NCBI GenBank assembly: GCA_951812855.1
Contig: OX638337.1
Span: 960,108-1,024,107 of the forward strand
Origin: an uncultured Lentisphaeria bacterium
Lineage (GTDB): Bacteria; Verrucomicrobiota; Lentisphaeria; JABSQK01; JAJFLO01
Direction: 5' to 3'
DNA length: 64,000 bases
Part shown: positions 21,675 to 33,721 of the stretch, piece by piece
Layout: each line of letters begins with the position of its first letter
How positions within the stretch are numbered: the stretch's first letter is position 1
Notes under the pieces: model-generated
What the model saw: the letters and a program-made list of their open reading frames with translations, nothing else
Told to the model about the DNA's origin: nothing
Database searches by the model: none
Translations under genes and position numbers: made by a program

Positions 21675-21919
21675 ATTCTTTGTACTTGGCATTAGCGGCC
21701 GTTTGTGCTTCGTCGGCATCGGTATATTAATGTCGGAGGCTAAATACCCCCTCGGCAGTGCCCGCCCCGTCGGCCCAGTCGATTTTTGCCGCAACCGCTC
21801 GGGTCCCCCTCCAGGTCCGACACCAGGAGAAGTGAAATTACAGAAAGAAAGTTACACTCCCTGGAAAGAAGTCATTTATTTGTAAAGAATATTAAATGAA
21901 ACTGTGTACGTTTTAATTA

Positions 21920-23548
21920 TTAGCATAATGCCTTATCAACAATGTCCTGTGCTTCGTTTAACAATTGTTTTAAGTGATCATCACCAATAAAACTTTCTGC
22001 ATAAATCTTGTAAACATCCTCGGTACCGGAAGGTCGTGCCGCAAACCAGCCGTTTTCAGTGGCGACTTTAACTCCGCCGATCGGCACAGCATTGCCGGGA
22101 GCATTACTTAGTTTTTGGAGAATTTTTTCACCTGCTAATGTGTTTGCTGTTATTTGGTTCGGGGAAAGATTTTTTAGCCTGTTTTTCTGTTCAGAATTAG
22201 CTGCTGCGTCGATCCGCCGATAGACCGGATCACCAAATTTCTCTGTAAGTTCTTTATAATGTTCACCGGGGTCCTTTCCTGTTTTGGCCATAATTTCGGC
22301 TGCGAGTAAATCGAGAATAATTCCATCCTTGTCTGTTGTCCATGCGGTACCGTCAAATCGGAGGAACGATGCCCCGGCGCTTTCCTCCCCGCCAAATCCA
22401 TAGGTCCCTGTCCGGAGACCCTGGACAAACCATTTAAAGCCGACGGGTACCTCTAATAACCTCTGACCGAATGAATCGGCGACCCGGTCAATCATGCTGC
22501 TGCTGACCAGGGTCTTTCCGATTGCTGCATCAGGCTTCCATCCCGGACGATTTGTGAAAAGGTAATGAATGGCTGCTGCGAGATAGTGATTCGGATTCAT
22601 CAAACCGACACTCTTAGTCACGATTCCATGGCGATCGCTGTCAGGATCGTTGCCAAAGGCAATATCATAATTTTCTTTCATAGCAATCAGCCCGGCCATA
22701 GCGTAGGGAGAGGAACAGTCCATCCGAATTTTTCCGTCTTTGTCAACCGTCATAAATTTGAATGTTGGATCGATATCTTTGTTGACGATATCAATATTAA
22801 GACCATATCGGTCTGCGATAGGCTGCCAATACTGCAGTGATGCACCCCCCATGGGATCAACCCCTATATTTAATCCTGCGGATTTAATTGCATCCATGTC
22901 GATGACATTCTCGAGGTCGTTTACAAACGGTTTAATATAGTCGTGGGCATGGGTAGAATCCGCAGTTAAGGCCTGTTCTAAAGATAATTTACGGACATCA
23001 TGATTTGAATTATTCATCAACGAGTTTGCCCGATCTTCAATCCATCCGGTGATTGTGGTATTTGCCGGGCCGCCATCGGGTGGGTTGTATTTAAATCCAC
23101 CATCTTCAGGAGGATTATGAGATGGTGTAATAACGATACCATCCGCATCTGCTTTCTTCGCTGATTTATTATGTGTTAAAATCGCATGTGAAACAACTGG
23201 AGTTGGTGTATACCCATTATCCTTTTGTATATACACATCGACGGTGTTGGCAGCCAGCACCTCTATTGCTGTATTGAATGCCGGGGTTGAAAGTGCGTGT
23301 GTATCTTTTCCGATGTACAGCGGACCTTTAATTGCATTGGTATCGCGGTAGTCACAAATTGCCTGAGTGATCGCCTGAATATGACGTTCATTAAAACTGC
23401 CTGCATTCGACGATCCGCGATGACCCGAGGTACCAAAGGCAACAGGTTGAAGACGATCCACCTTTTCATAATAAGTATCTACTAAATGTGCGATGTCAGC
23501 GATCAATTCAGTGGGAACCGGTTTTCCGGCTAAAGGATGTAATGACAT
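21920..23548 (-). CDS. pgm: Phosphoglucomutase (alpha-D-glucose phosphate-specific)
   Basis: 542-aa ORF; phosphoserine-loop motif …[10 protein letters not shown]…, metal-binding …GVDPMGGAS…, sugar-binding …[10 protein letters not shown]…. Confidence 0.9.
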   Translation of the reverse strand: MSLHPLAGKPVPTELIADIAHLVDTYYEKVDRLQPVAFGTSGHRGSSNAGSFNERHIQAITQAICDYRDTNAIKGPLYIGKDTHALSTPAFNTAIEVLAANTVDVYIQKDNGYTPTPVVSHAILTHNKSAKKADADGIVITPSHNPPEDGGFKYNPPDGGPANTTITGWIEDRANSLMNNSNHDVRKLSLEQALTADSTHAHDYIKPFVNDLENVIDMDAIKSAGLNIGVDPMGGASLQYWQPIADRYGLNIDIVNKDIDPTFKFMTVDKDGKIRMDCSSPYAMAGLIAMKENYDIAFGNDPDSDRHGIVTKSVGLMNPNHYLAAAIHYLFTNRPGWKPDAAIGKTLVSSSMIDRVADSFGQRLLEVPVGFKWFVQGLRTGTYGFGGEESAGASFLRFDGTAWTTDKDGIILDLLAAEIMAKTGKDPGEHYKELTEKFGDPVYRRIDAAANSEQKNRLKNLSPNQITANTLAGEKILQKLSNAPGNAVPIGGVKVATENGWFAARPSGTEDVYKIYAESFIGDDHLKQLLNEAQDIVDKALC

Positions 23549-24121
23549 GGATTTTGTCTCCTGTAACGTTATTCAATGATGACTACAGTCAGGTATTGTA
23601 ATACTTGAAACAGATCTTCAGGTTCCGGGATGAGAAAATCAAACATGAATGTATACCGATTATTATTTAAATCCATTGTGTCTGTATCACAATGTTTTTA
23701 CGTACTTTCCGAGTAAAAAACCAGCATAAAATTCAGGTTAAAATGCTATAAAGTAAAATTAATGGTACCATATTTTATGAGGTGTAAAGGATACGGTGCG
23801 GGATATCCGAAATAAATCTGTATTGATAATAAGGCGTTACTGTCATGATACGGAGCTATCCCTCAAATGGCGATTTTACGTTTTTCATAATTGACAAGAA
23901 GTTGCGGTCTAAATTTCGTTTCATTTTCGAGATAATGCAGTTCCGTAATCACTCTTGTAGAACGGAATTCTTCTGGTTTACTTAAACATTCGAGAAAATG
24001 AACAGCACTGCCCCATTGTGCAACATGTTGAGGCTCTGCTGAAAGTGACACATTTTCATCCCATTTTATATCCAGCGAATAGCTGACACAGGTTGATTTC
24101 GAAATTGTTATAAGTTCTGCT

Positions 24122-24487
24122 AATACTGGTATATATAAACGAATCCCTGCCCTGGCCAACGCTGCCGGGTTCACCTTCAGCACAATGCCACGGCTTAAAT
24201 ACCTAAAAAAGAAATGCACAGTGAGGTCGCCCAGGCATTACCATAGACGATGACGTACCACTAATATGGCAGAAAACATCAATAAACAATTAAAGGAACG
24301 AACACGCATCGCATCACTTTTCCCAAACGAAGCATCACTGCTCAGATTGGCAAGTGCCATTTTGATCAAAATCAGCGACCGGCGGACGCTGGAAAACGTA
24401 CCTGAAAATGGATCATCAATGACCTGCGATTATCAAACTGCAGAAAAAAATTTGCATTACCGCCATTTTTTAATAATTGTGTACTAA
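24122..24487 (+). mobile_element. IS256 (Mutator)-family transposase 3' remnant with in-frame TGA
   Basis: Frame translates …SPRHYHRR(TGA)RTTNMAENINKQLKERTRIASLFPNEASLLRLASAILIKISD…, matching the conserved C-terminal block of IS256-family transposases (…TTNxIExxNxxLRxxxKxxxxFPNExSxxRLxxAxL…); N-terminal/catalytic part not found; 5' boundary approximate. Confidence 0.5.
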
Positions 24488-24603
24488 TTTTGCTGTTTAT
24501 AAGTGATTTACTCATGTTTGTGTGTAGTGTAAAAGCTTTCGTTTTATACACAATAAATATTTGATAATGAACAATGCGTGAGTTATATGAGGAGAACGAC
24601 TAA

Positions 24604-26079
<1,476 letters not shown>

Positions 26080-26143
26080 GCATACTTTTACACACTGATT
26101 ACAGTTGCAATTGTACTGAATAACATTTAATCACCGAGAAAAA

Positions 26144-27922
26144 ATGCATCCATTCAGAACACATACATGCGGGGAACTATGCAAAGACCATGTCGGCGAG
26201 TCCGTTCGTCTTTCCGGCTGGGTTCATCGCGTCAGAGATCATGGAGGCGTCATCTTTGTTGATCTTCGTGACCACTATGGAATTACCCAGATTGTCATTG
26301 ATCCGGAAAAGGAAATATATCAGGATTTACATCATTGGCGTGTCGAGTCAGTGGTAACGTTTACGGGTAAAATCGTCCTTCGTGATGAGAAAACGGTCAA
26401 TTCTAAAATACCAACCGGCCACATCGAGCTTGCCGCAGATGAAATGGATATGCAAAGTAAAGCCGATTTATTACCGTTTCCCGTGGCAGATGAAGCACCG
26501 TGTCCGGAGTCAACCCGATTATCCTACCGTTTTCTGGATTTACGCAGAGAAGATCTTCATCAAAATATTATTCTCCGCTCACAAATTATTGACAGTATTC
26601 GTAAACGTATGGTTAAGTCAGGCTACAATGAATTGCAAACACCGATTCTGACATCGAGTTCACCAGAAGGTGCACGTGATTTTCTTGTTCCCAGTCGGTT
26701 ACATCCCGGAAAATTTTATGCATTGCCCCAGGCACCGCAGCAGTTTAAACAGTTGCTTATGGTTTCTGGTTTCGATAAATATTTTCAAATTGCACCCTGC
26801 TTCCGAGATGAAGATTCAAGAGCCGATCGGTCTCCGGGTGAATTTTATCAACTTGATTTGGAAAGGTCATTTGCAACTCAGGATGACATTTTTGCAGATG
26901 TTGAGTCTGTGTTATCCGGCCTTTTTAACGAATTTTCAGATGACAGTATTGATGATGCACCATTTATACGTATTCCCTACAAACAGGCAATTTTAGAGTT
27001 TGGCAACGATAAGCCGGACTTAACGAACCCTTTACGACTGATTGACGTAACAGATGAATTTAGAGATTCTGAATTTAATGCATTTGCCAACGTCGTTAAA
27101 AAAGGCGGGGCGGTGCGTGCAATTAGTGTTAAAGGTATTGTTGATCAATCACGAAAATTCTTCGATGATATGATCGAATTTGCTCAGTCCGTTGGAGCAA
27201 AAGGACTTGCCTACATAGGTTGGAAAGATGGAAATGAGCGTAGTCCAATTGCCAAATTTTTAACTGAAGAAGCATTGGAAACATTAAAAGTTAAAGGAAA
27301 AATTGATGATACTGATGTCATGTTTTTTATATGTGATAAGATAGAGAAGGTATCCGATATCGGTGCTGCTGTTATAAAGGAACTGGCTGACCGTTTGGAT
27401 TTACGTGAAAAGAATGCGTATCGATTTTGCTGGATTGTTGATTATCCAATGTTTGAGCTCAATGAACAAACTCGGAAAATAGAATTCTCGCATAATCCAT
27501 TTTCAATGCCGCAAGGAGAAATGGATTCATTAAAAAACAACGATCCTCTTGATGTGTCAGCCTATCAATATGACCTCGTTTGCAATGGAGTTGAGCTATC
27601 CAGTGGTGCGATTCGAAATCACAAACCGGATATCATGTATAAAGCATTCGGTATTGCCGGATATACACGAGATGAAGTCAATGACAAATTCTCAGGTCTG
27701 ATTCGGGCATTTAAATTGGGTGCACCCCCACATGGCGGTATTGCACCGGGTATTGACCGCATTATTATGCTTCTTACAAAATCACCCAATATTCGTGAAG
27801 TTATTGCATTTCCAATGAATCAACAGGCTCAAGATCTCATGATGAATGCACCTTCATCAGTAAAACCGCGGCAACTTAAAGAACTTCACCTTGAAGTAAA
27901 ACTTCCGAAAAAGAAACAATAA
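26144..27922 (+). CDS. aspS: Aspartate--tRNA ligase
   Basis: 592-aa ORF; N-terminal OB anticodon-binding domain (…VRLSGWVHRVRDHGGVIFVDLRD…), class II motifs (…FYALPQAPQQFKQLLMVSGFDKYFQIAPCFRDED…, …GGIAPGIDRIIMLL…). Confidence 0.9.
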   Translation: MHPFRTHTCGELCKDHVGESVRLSGWVHRVRDHGGVIFVDLRDHYGITQIVIDPEKEIYQDLHHWRVESVVTFTGKIVLRDEKTVNSKIPTGHIELAADEMDMQSKADLLPFPVADEAPCPESTRLSYRFLDLRREDLHQNIILRSQIIDSIRKRMVKSGYNELQTPILTSSSPEGARDFLVPSRLHPGKFYALPQAPQQFKQLLMVSGFDKYFQIAPCFRDEDSRADRSPGEFYQLDLERSFATQDDIFADVESVLSGLFNEFSDDSIDDAPFIRIPYKQAILEFGNDKPDLTNPLRLIDVTDEFRDSEFNAFANVVKKGGAVRAISVKGIVDQSRKFFDDMIEFAQSVGAKGLAYIGWKDGNERSPIAKFLTEEALETLKVKGKIDDTDVMFFICDKIEKVSDIGAAVIKELADRLDLREKNAYRFCWIVDYPMFELNEQTRKIEFSHNPFSMPQGEMDSLKNNDPLDVSAYQYDLVCNGVELSSGAIRNHKPDIMYKAFGIAGYTRDEVNDKFSGLIRAFKLGAPPHGGIAPGIDRIIMLLTKSPNIREVIAFPMNQQAQDLMMNAPSSVKPRQLKELHLEVKLPKKKQ

Positions 27923-28014
27923 GGTTATTTGTTTTCTGGAGGTGAAATATTTTCGTTATTATTCTTAATACCCGCCTAATATGGTATATAAGAACGAATC
28001 TTTATTAATCGATT

Positions 28015-28218
28015 TTATTTATACTCGAGAATGGTTGCACCATCGGTAAATCCCCCGCCAAAACTGCAGAGACCGATATCATTGTAACCGTCCATATCTG
28101 CCATAATATCATTAAGGGCAAGTGGTATGGTATTGGATGAGGTATTTCCAGGATGCTCAATATTACAAAAAACTTTCTCATTATCAATATTTAATCCTGT
28201 TTGGGTTCCAATTGTCAT
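28015..28218 (-). pseudogene. C-terminal fragment of a FabH-like 3-oxoacyl-ACP synthase III / thiolase-fold condensing enzyme
   Basis: 67-codon frame …GLNIDNEKVFCNIEHPGNTSSNTIPLALNDIMADMDGYNDIGLCSFGGGFTDGATILEYK matches FabH C-terminus pattern (GNTSxxSIPLAL … FGGGxTWGA); in-frame TGA two codons upstream of first Met; no upstream body of gene found. Confidence 0.35.
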
Positions 28219-28697
28219 GGATTGTCACACAATTGTACACGGATTTATTAAATTAGTTTAAATATAAGGGAGTCAATATGAATACACCTCTCATCTTTGA
28301 ATGATCGCAAGAAGACTCGAATATGCTTTTTATGTTTATCAGCCAAGTTTTATTTTCCATGGTATTTGTTAGTGGGGTAAGCTTTGGTTTTCGTATCGGT
28401 TTGTTATTAAGCACATTGTATTGTCAGATTCATGGCAGCTGTTTGAATTACCGGTGTTCACAGGGCAGGTTACAGCCTTGACGTATCTGTTCACCTTAAT
28501 ATACAGGATGCACTTTCAGGAAATAGCCGGGGCAGTTTCTTTTAACTAAATGGCAGCCTTGTATTTTACCTCACTTTAATTATTTATGGTAAACTGACGG
28601 GCTGTAACACCGGGCTTAATGGCCTTGTATTCCTCTGAAAAATCAGGCGGGCGGCATATTTTTTGACATCATTTTAAAATTTATAAAGATTAACGCC

Positions 28698-30908
28698 ATG
28701 GATATTACACATTTACGTTTGGGAACTTTAGTCATCTCTGTATTTGTCGGGGTATGGCTTTTTATTGTTTCACACTATATCCGAATTCCTGCAATTGTTC
28801 TTTTACTGATTGGAGGCGTAATACTGGGGCCGGAGGGGTTGGCCATAATCGACCCTGAATCTCTTGGACAGAGTCTTCGGTTAATCATATCTCTGTGTGT
28901 TGCCATTATACTTTTTGAAGGAGGTTTATCCTTAAAGCCCGAGGGATTTAAGAAGGCACCAAGAGTTATTTGGAAGCTTTTAACAATCGGTGTCGGAATC
29001 ACCTGGCTTGGAACTGCTGCGTTAATTCATTTTCTTCTGAATTTTCCTATACCAGTCTCATTATTATGCGGCAGTCTGGTTATTGTTACGGGTCCAACAG
29101 TTATCGCGCCATTGCTTAATCGAATCAGTGTTAAGGATAAATTATATCACATCTTGCATTGGGAAGGTGTTTTAATTGATCCAATTGGTGTTTTTATTGC
29201 AATTTTGTGTTTCGAATGGTTAAGCATTGAGGGAAGTTTTATAACGCATATTGGACATTTAAGCTATCGCTTGTTAGTTGGCATTGTGATAGGTATCATT
29301 GGCGGTCTAATTTTAACGTTTTTACTGGTTAAAAAAATAATACCGGAACAACAAGTGAATATTTTGGTATTTGCCACAGCGTTATTTTTATTTGGTATCT
29401 CTGAATCAGTTGTTCACGAGGCCGGTATTCTTACCGTGGTTATAGCAGGACTTGTTATGGGCTGGACGTCTCCTCCGCAGCTTAAACATATCAAAAAATT
29501 TAAATCTGAGTTAACCGAAATTTCGATTGCACTGGTTTTCATACTTCTTGCCGCCAATCTTGAACTGCATCAATTTTCAAAATTCGGCTGGAGAGTTGTA
29601 TTGGTTATTTGTGGTGTGCTGTTTATTATTCGTCCACTTAGCATCATGCTGTGTACAAAAGGCTCTCAACTTAGGATGAATGAAAAATTGTTTCTGTCCT
29701 GGATTGCCCCAAGGGGGGTTGTCGCAGGGTCGATGGCGTCCCTCTTCGGGTTAAGGTTATCAATGCAAGGTCATCCAAACGCAATATTTTTGGAAACATT
29801 TACATTCAGTATCATCGCAACTACAATTGTTTTTCAAGGATTAACTGCTGGTATTGTGGCACACTGGTTAAAGGTTGAAGAACCCGAAAAGAAGGGATGG
29901 CTTATCATCGGTGCTCACCTTTTCTCAAGAAAAATTGCGTCGTTCATCATGGAAACGACCAATGGCGTATGTATTTTGATTGATACCAATGAAGATGCGG
30001 TCAGAGAGGCACAAAATGAGGGATTTATCGTGATCCAGGGCAATGCGTTGTCGACGGATATTCTTCCTCTTGATCAGATGTCTTCAATCGGCAATCTCCT
30101 CGCACTGACTGATAACCGGGATTTAAACCAGTTGATTTGCGAGAAATGGTCAGAGATGATTGACCGTAATCATTTATACAGGTGGTCGTCACGATCCATT
30201 CAGGATGAAAACGAAATTGGTGGAATGGGAAAGCCGTTATGGCCGATGATCCCAAAACCCTCTCAACTGTCATATGATTTAAAAAACATGAATGTCAATT
30301 GTCGGCAATTAAATGAAAACGAATCGTTTGTAAAGTCATCCGGAAATGAGAGGATGATAACCTTTACTGACAGCACACTTCATTTTTCAGACAGTGTTCC
30401 TGAAGGAGTTGAAGCACCTGATGTTTTTGTGTTGGAACGACTGTCGCTGAATTTACTTGGATTAATTAAACGTAATCAAATCTTTTTTCTTGACTATGAC
30501 GATTATGAAGAATTGTTAAATGTAATACTTAATGAAATTGAACAGATTTATCCGGATATTGTTAATGATGCACTCAAATCAAGTTTGGTGCATCGCGAAG
30601 TCAAATTTCCCTCAATACTGGCAAATAGAATTGCAGTACCGCACACCCGATCTTCCTCATTAAATGAGTCAATTTGTGTAGTTGTACAGTTAAAACAGGA
30701 GATAAATTTACCGCCGCCTAACGCCGGGACTGTCAGACTGTTATTTCTATTATTGACACCCGAAGATAAACCGGAACAACATTTAAGACTTCTTGCAGAA
30801 ATTGCCAAAATTGCATCGTCCCCGGACTTGGTTGATTCACTTATAAATGTGAATTCGATTGATGATTTAATACAAAATTTTAAGGGTATTAATGCAAAAA
30901 TCGAGTGA
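28698..30908 (+). CDS. NhaP/CPA1-type cation:proton antiporter with central RCK-like and C-terminal PTS EIIA (type 2, PtsN-like) domains
   Basis: 736-aa ORF; ~12 TM segments in first 400 aa, Rossmann-like middle region (…WLIIGAHLFSRKIASFIMETTNGVCILIDTNEDAV…), C-terminal EIIA-2 domain with AVPH active-site motif (…ILANRIAVPHTRSSSL…LLFLLLTPED…). Confidence 0.8.
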   Translation: MDITHLRLGTLVISVFVGVWLFIVSHYIRIPAIVLLLIGGVILGPEGLAIIDPESLGQSLRLIISLCVAIILFEGGLSLKPEGFKKAPRVIWKLLTIGVGITWLGTAALIHFLLNFPIPVSLLCGSLVIVTGPTVIAPLLNRISVKDKLYHILHWEGVLIDPIGVFIAILCFEWLSIEGSFITHIGHLSYRLLVGIVIGIIGGLILTFLLVKKIIPEQQVNILVFATALFLFGISESVVHEAGILTVVIAGLVMGWTSPPQLKHIKKFKSELTEISIALVFILLAANLELHQFSKFGWRVVLVICGVLFIIRPLSIMLCTKGSQLRMNEKLFLSWIAPRGVVAGSMASLFGLRLSMQGHPNAIFLETFTFSIIATTIVFQGLTAGIVAHWLKVEEPEKKGWLIIGAHLFSRKIASFIMETTNGVCILIDTNEDAVREAQNEGFIVIQGNALSTDILPLDQMSSIGNLLALTDNRDLNQLICEKWSEMIDRNHLYRWSSRSIQDENEIGGMGKPLWPMIPKPSQLSYDLKNMNVNCRQLNENESFVKSSGNERMITFTDSTLHFSDSVPEGVEAPDVFVLERLSLNLLGLIKRNQIFFLDYDDYEELLNVILNEIEQIYPDIVNDALKSSLVHREVKFPSILANRIAVPHTRSSSLNESICVVVQLKQEINLPPPNAGTVRLLFLLLTPEDKPEQHLRLLAEIAKIASSPDLVDSLINVNSIDDLIQNFKGINAKIE

Positions 30909-31151
30909 TGAATTAAAAAAAGCACATAAGGAAGAGAAATGAAGTTTGCTGCTAATGCTGCAGCGAAGCGGGCAGGTGTCAGGAGTTGTTATTGCTGTTT
31001 TTACCATACATATGAAGATTCGATTGATAAGATGGATTTTAAAAAATCAGCACGGGTGGTCGCCGGTTTAGAACATGTTATTAAGAATTTAGTCGGCATA
31101 AGGAAATGAGAAATAACGGATAATAATAAGAAAGTAAATATAGAAAATTGT

Positions 31152-32715
31152 TTAGCTTCGATTAAGCACAATTGCAGTTCGGGCTGGAAGATATACGGTG
31201 AAGAAATGCTTTTGATTTTTACCGTTATTTTTACATTCTCGGGTATGGTAACGCTGATTTTCATCCAGTCTGCCCTGGCCGTTAAAGGTTTTTGCATCAC
31301 TGTCTAATAGAAGTTTGTAAGTCCCGGGATCAGTATAAACCGGTAAATGATTAACGGGGATTAAAGTTAAAGATAAAAATAAGTTGAGCTCGTTGGAAAC
31401 AAATTAATTTATCCAGGATGTGGTTGCAGATTAAATCTCCCCTGTCATCAGGATCTAGAAGATTAAACGTGTCGGCTATTTTTATCATTTCCTTGTCAAA
31501 TTCTGCTAAATGATAATAAATCAGATTGGGATCATCACGCAGGCTCCACTGGCGTCTTGCATATTGGAACGACCAATCATTTCCTTCTCTCGGGAAATCA
31601 ATCCACTCAGGATGACCAAACTCATTTCCCATAAAATTCAAATACCCTTCACCACCGATGGCCAACGTAATCAGACGGATCATTTTATGTAAGGCGACAC
31701 CTCTTTCAACAGAGATATTGTTATGGTCAAGATGCATATTGTGGTACATATCTTCGGCAATGGTCAGGGCATCGGGTTTGAGTTTGTGAATCAGTTTATT
31801 TGCCAATGTCAGGCAGGTCAGGGCATCGTTATCCACCTGATCATTGAAATAATCATCATAAGTTGTAAATGTTTTATCAAGACCATGGTCGGTGTACAGC
31901 ATGCTGGTGACGCCATCAAAACGAAATCCATCTAAATGAAATTCATCCCGCCAATATCGACAGTTTGATAGCAGAAAATGTATCACTTCACCTTTTTGAC
32001 AGTCAAAACATCGTGAGTCCCAGGCGTCATAATAGCCGCGGCTGCCGGTATGAAAATAAAGATGATCAGTACCGTCAAAAAAGCTTAATTATTCTACTTC
32101 ATTGCGAACGACATGGGAATGAACCAGATCCATGATGACAGCAACGCCTTGACCGTGTGCGGCATCGATAAGTGCTTTTAATTCATCCGGCGTCCCGAAT
32201 CTGGAAGATGCTGTAGAAAAATTAGACACATGATAACCAAATGATCCGTAGTAAGGATGTTCCTGTATTGCCATCAATTGGATGGTATTGTAGCCGCAAT
32301 CAACGATTCTCGGGAGAATATTATTTTTGAATTCGGTGTATGATCCGACACGGGTATTCTCCAATGCCATACCAATATGTGTCTCGTAAATGATTGGTGG
32401 TTTCGTTGATCGTTTAAATCAGGTATCTGCCGGATCAATTTTAATCCTTATAGTTTCGCCTTCCGACCATATTGGGTTTTCTGAATTTTCTGGCAGGGAA
32501 AACATTTTCACCTGGAAATAGCCAACCTCCAACATTGGCAATGAAATTTTGTAATAATTTTTACGAACTGGTTTCATCGGGAAATCAAACCAGTCGTCAT
32601 TCTTTTTGGCTTCTCCGAATTCCACCTGATTAATAATATCCTGCCGGTTGTTCCTGCCGTGGCTCAGTGTACTTCTGATCCGGGCGGTCTCTTGACAGGG
32701 TTGATTTAATGTCAA
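31152..32715 (-). pseudogene. glgB: Eukaryote-type (GH13) 1,4-alpha-glucan branching enzyme gene, decayed: four in-frame stops, one frameshift, internal deletion, truncated N-terminus
   Basis: Three track ORFs (32419..32715, 32089..32370, 31351..31986) lie in the same frame, separated by in-frame TGA (32419-21) and TAA (32089-91); conserved GBE motifs present (…IYETHIGMA…, …[23 protein letters not shown]…, …LDGFRFDGVTSMLY…, …HKMIRLIT…GGEGYLNFMGNEFGHPEW…) but ~95 aa including the catalytic ESHDQ region absent between TIAED and MYHNM; C-terminal domain (…VYTDPGTYKLLLDSDAKTFNGQGRLDE…FFTVYLPARTAIVL) continues in another frame after TAA 31351-53/TGA 31330-32. Confidence 0.65.
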
Positions 32716-32818
32716 TAAAAACAGAATAATATCACCACTACAGGATATTACTTCTGATCCGGGCTTTGGTGTTGTGTCAGCATTTTCTTTAGTATCGTTA
32801 ATACGAAATGTTATAAAA

Positions 32819-33721
32819 TTATATAACCGATCCTATTGAGAAAAGAATACTGTAAAGGATCAACAATTTACCGGTGTTCGCCAGTGATTCGTTCAGTGCA
32901 GATCCGTCTGTGTGGGTAAATATCGTCTTCACTACAGGTATAGCCGGTAATAAAATCAAACTGCTCATGATACTGTATTTGCAGGGTTTGCAGGCAATAA
33001 AAATGTAGACAGGAATCAAACAGGCCAATACGATGCATACTAAAAATTCCCATTTTGCAAATGTTTTTCCAAATATCACGGCAAGGGTTCTCTTCCCAGA
33101 TAATCGATCCTCATCAACATCACGAAGGTTATTGACGGCTAACATCGCCATTGATATTAACCCCGGGCCAAAACCGATGATGATAATATTGATGTCCAAC
33201 GTTAATGTCTGGACGTAGTATGTCCCGGCCAGAGCGACAGGTCCGAAAAAAATAAGTACAAAGATATCTCCCAATCCATTGTAACCCAAAGGATACGGGC
33301 CGCCGGTATACAGTATGCCTGATGTAATTGAAATAACTGTTATGATTAATATTACCCACCCGGCACGCTTAAATAGCAGCAGACCGAGTAATCCCGTGAT
33401 TATCATTAGTAAAATATAAGAAATTTTCATTGTCTGTGGTTTAATGAGACCAGCCTGAGTAACCCGGGTCGGGCCGGTTCGTTTATCCGAGTCCGAACCA
33501 TTTATAAAATCATAATAGTCATTCGCAAAATTTGTGGCAATCTGAATTGAAATAGCAATGAACAGGCAAATCGCTGCTGATAGCCAATGATATAATCCTG
33601 TCTTGTATGCTATTGCGGTTCCGATTAACACGGGTGCAATTCCTGCAAACAATGTTTTGGGTCTGATGGCCATAAGCCATATTTCAAATTTAGATAAATT
33701 CTGGTTCTGACACTTTAACAA
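32819..33721 (-). CDS. menA: 1,4-dihydroxy-2-naphthoate polyprenyltransferase (UbiA superfamily)
   Basis: 300-aa ORF; 8-9 TM helices; UbiA-family Asp-rich motifs (…NFANDYYDFINGSDSDKRTGP…, …NLRDVDEDRLSGKRTLA…). Confidence 0.85.
   Translation of the reverse strand: MLKCQNQNLSKFEIWLMAIRPKTLFAGIAPVLIGTAIAYKTGLYHWLSAAICLFIAISIQIATNFANDYYDFINGSDSDKRTGPTRVTQAGLIKPQTMKISYILLMIITGLLGLLLFKRAGWVILIITVISITSGILYTGGPYPLGYNGLGDIFVLIFFGPVALAGTYYVQTLTLDINIIIIGFGPGLISMAMLAVNNLRDVDEDRLSGKRTLAVIFGKTFAKWEFLVCIVLACLIPVYIFIACKPCKYSIMSSLILLPAIPVVKTIFTHTDGSALNESLANTGKLLILYSILFSIGSVI

Noticed and set aside
21143-21919. Possible structured RNA gene (tmRNA, RNase P RNA, SRP RNA) in the GC-rich island
   Set aside because: Checked both strands by eye for hallmark motifs (tmRNA 5' GGGG…UUCGAC and tag ORF ending …AA-stop; RNase P GGAAAGUCCGGGCUCC; SRP GGUCCGGAAGGAAGCAGCC) and none is present. 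The glycosyltransferase-like coding fragment explains part of the island. A covariance-model scan would be needed to fully exclude an RNA.
23863-24219. 118-codon minus-strand ORF in the pgm-ilvC spacer
   Set aside because: No recognisable family; overlaps the plus-strand transposase remnant region. Most likely a chance ORF.
30909-31150. 56-codon ORF (MKFAANAAAKRAGVRSCYCCFYHTYED…) downstream of the antiporter gene
   Set aside because: Overlaps the 3' end of the decayed glgB region on the opposite strand; Cys-rich but no recognisable motif. Insufficient evidence.
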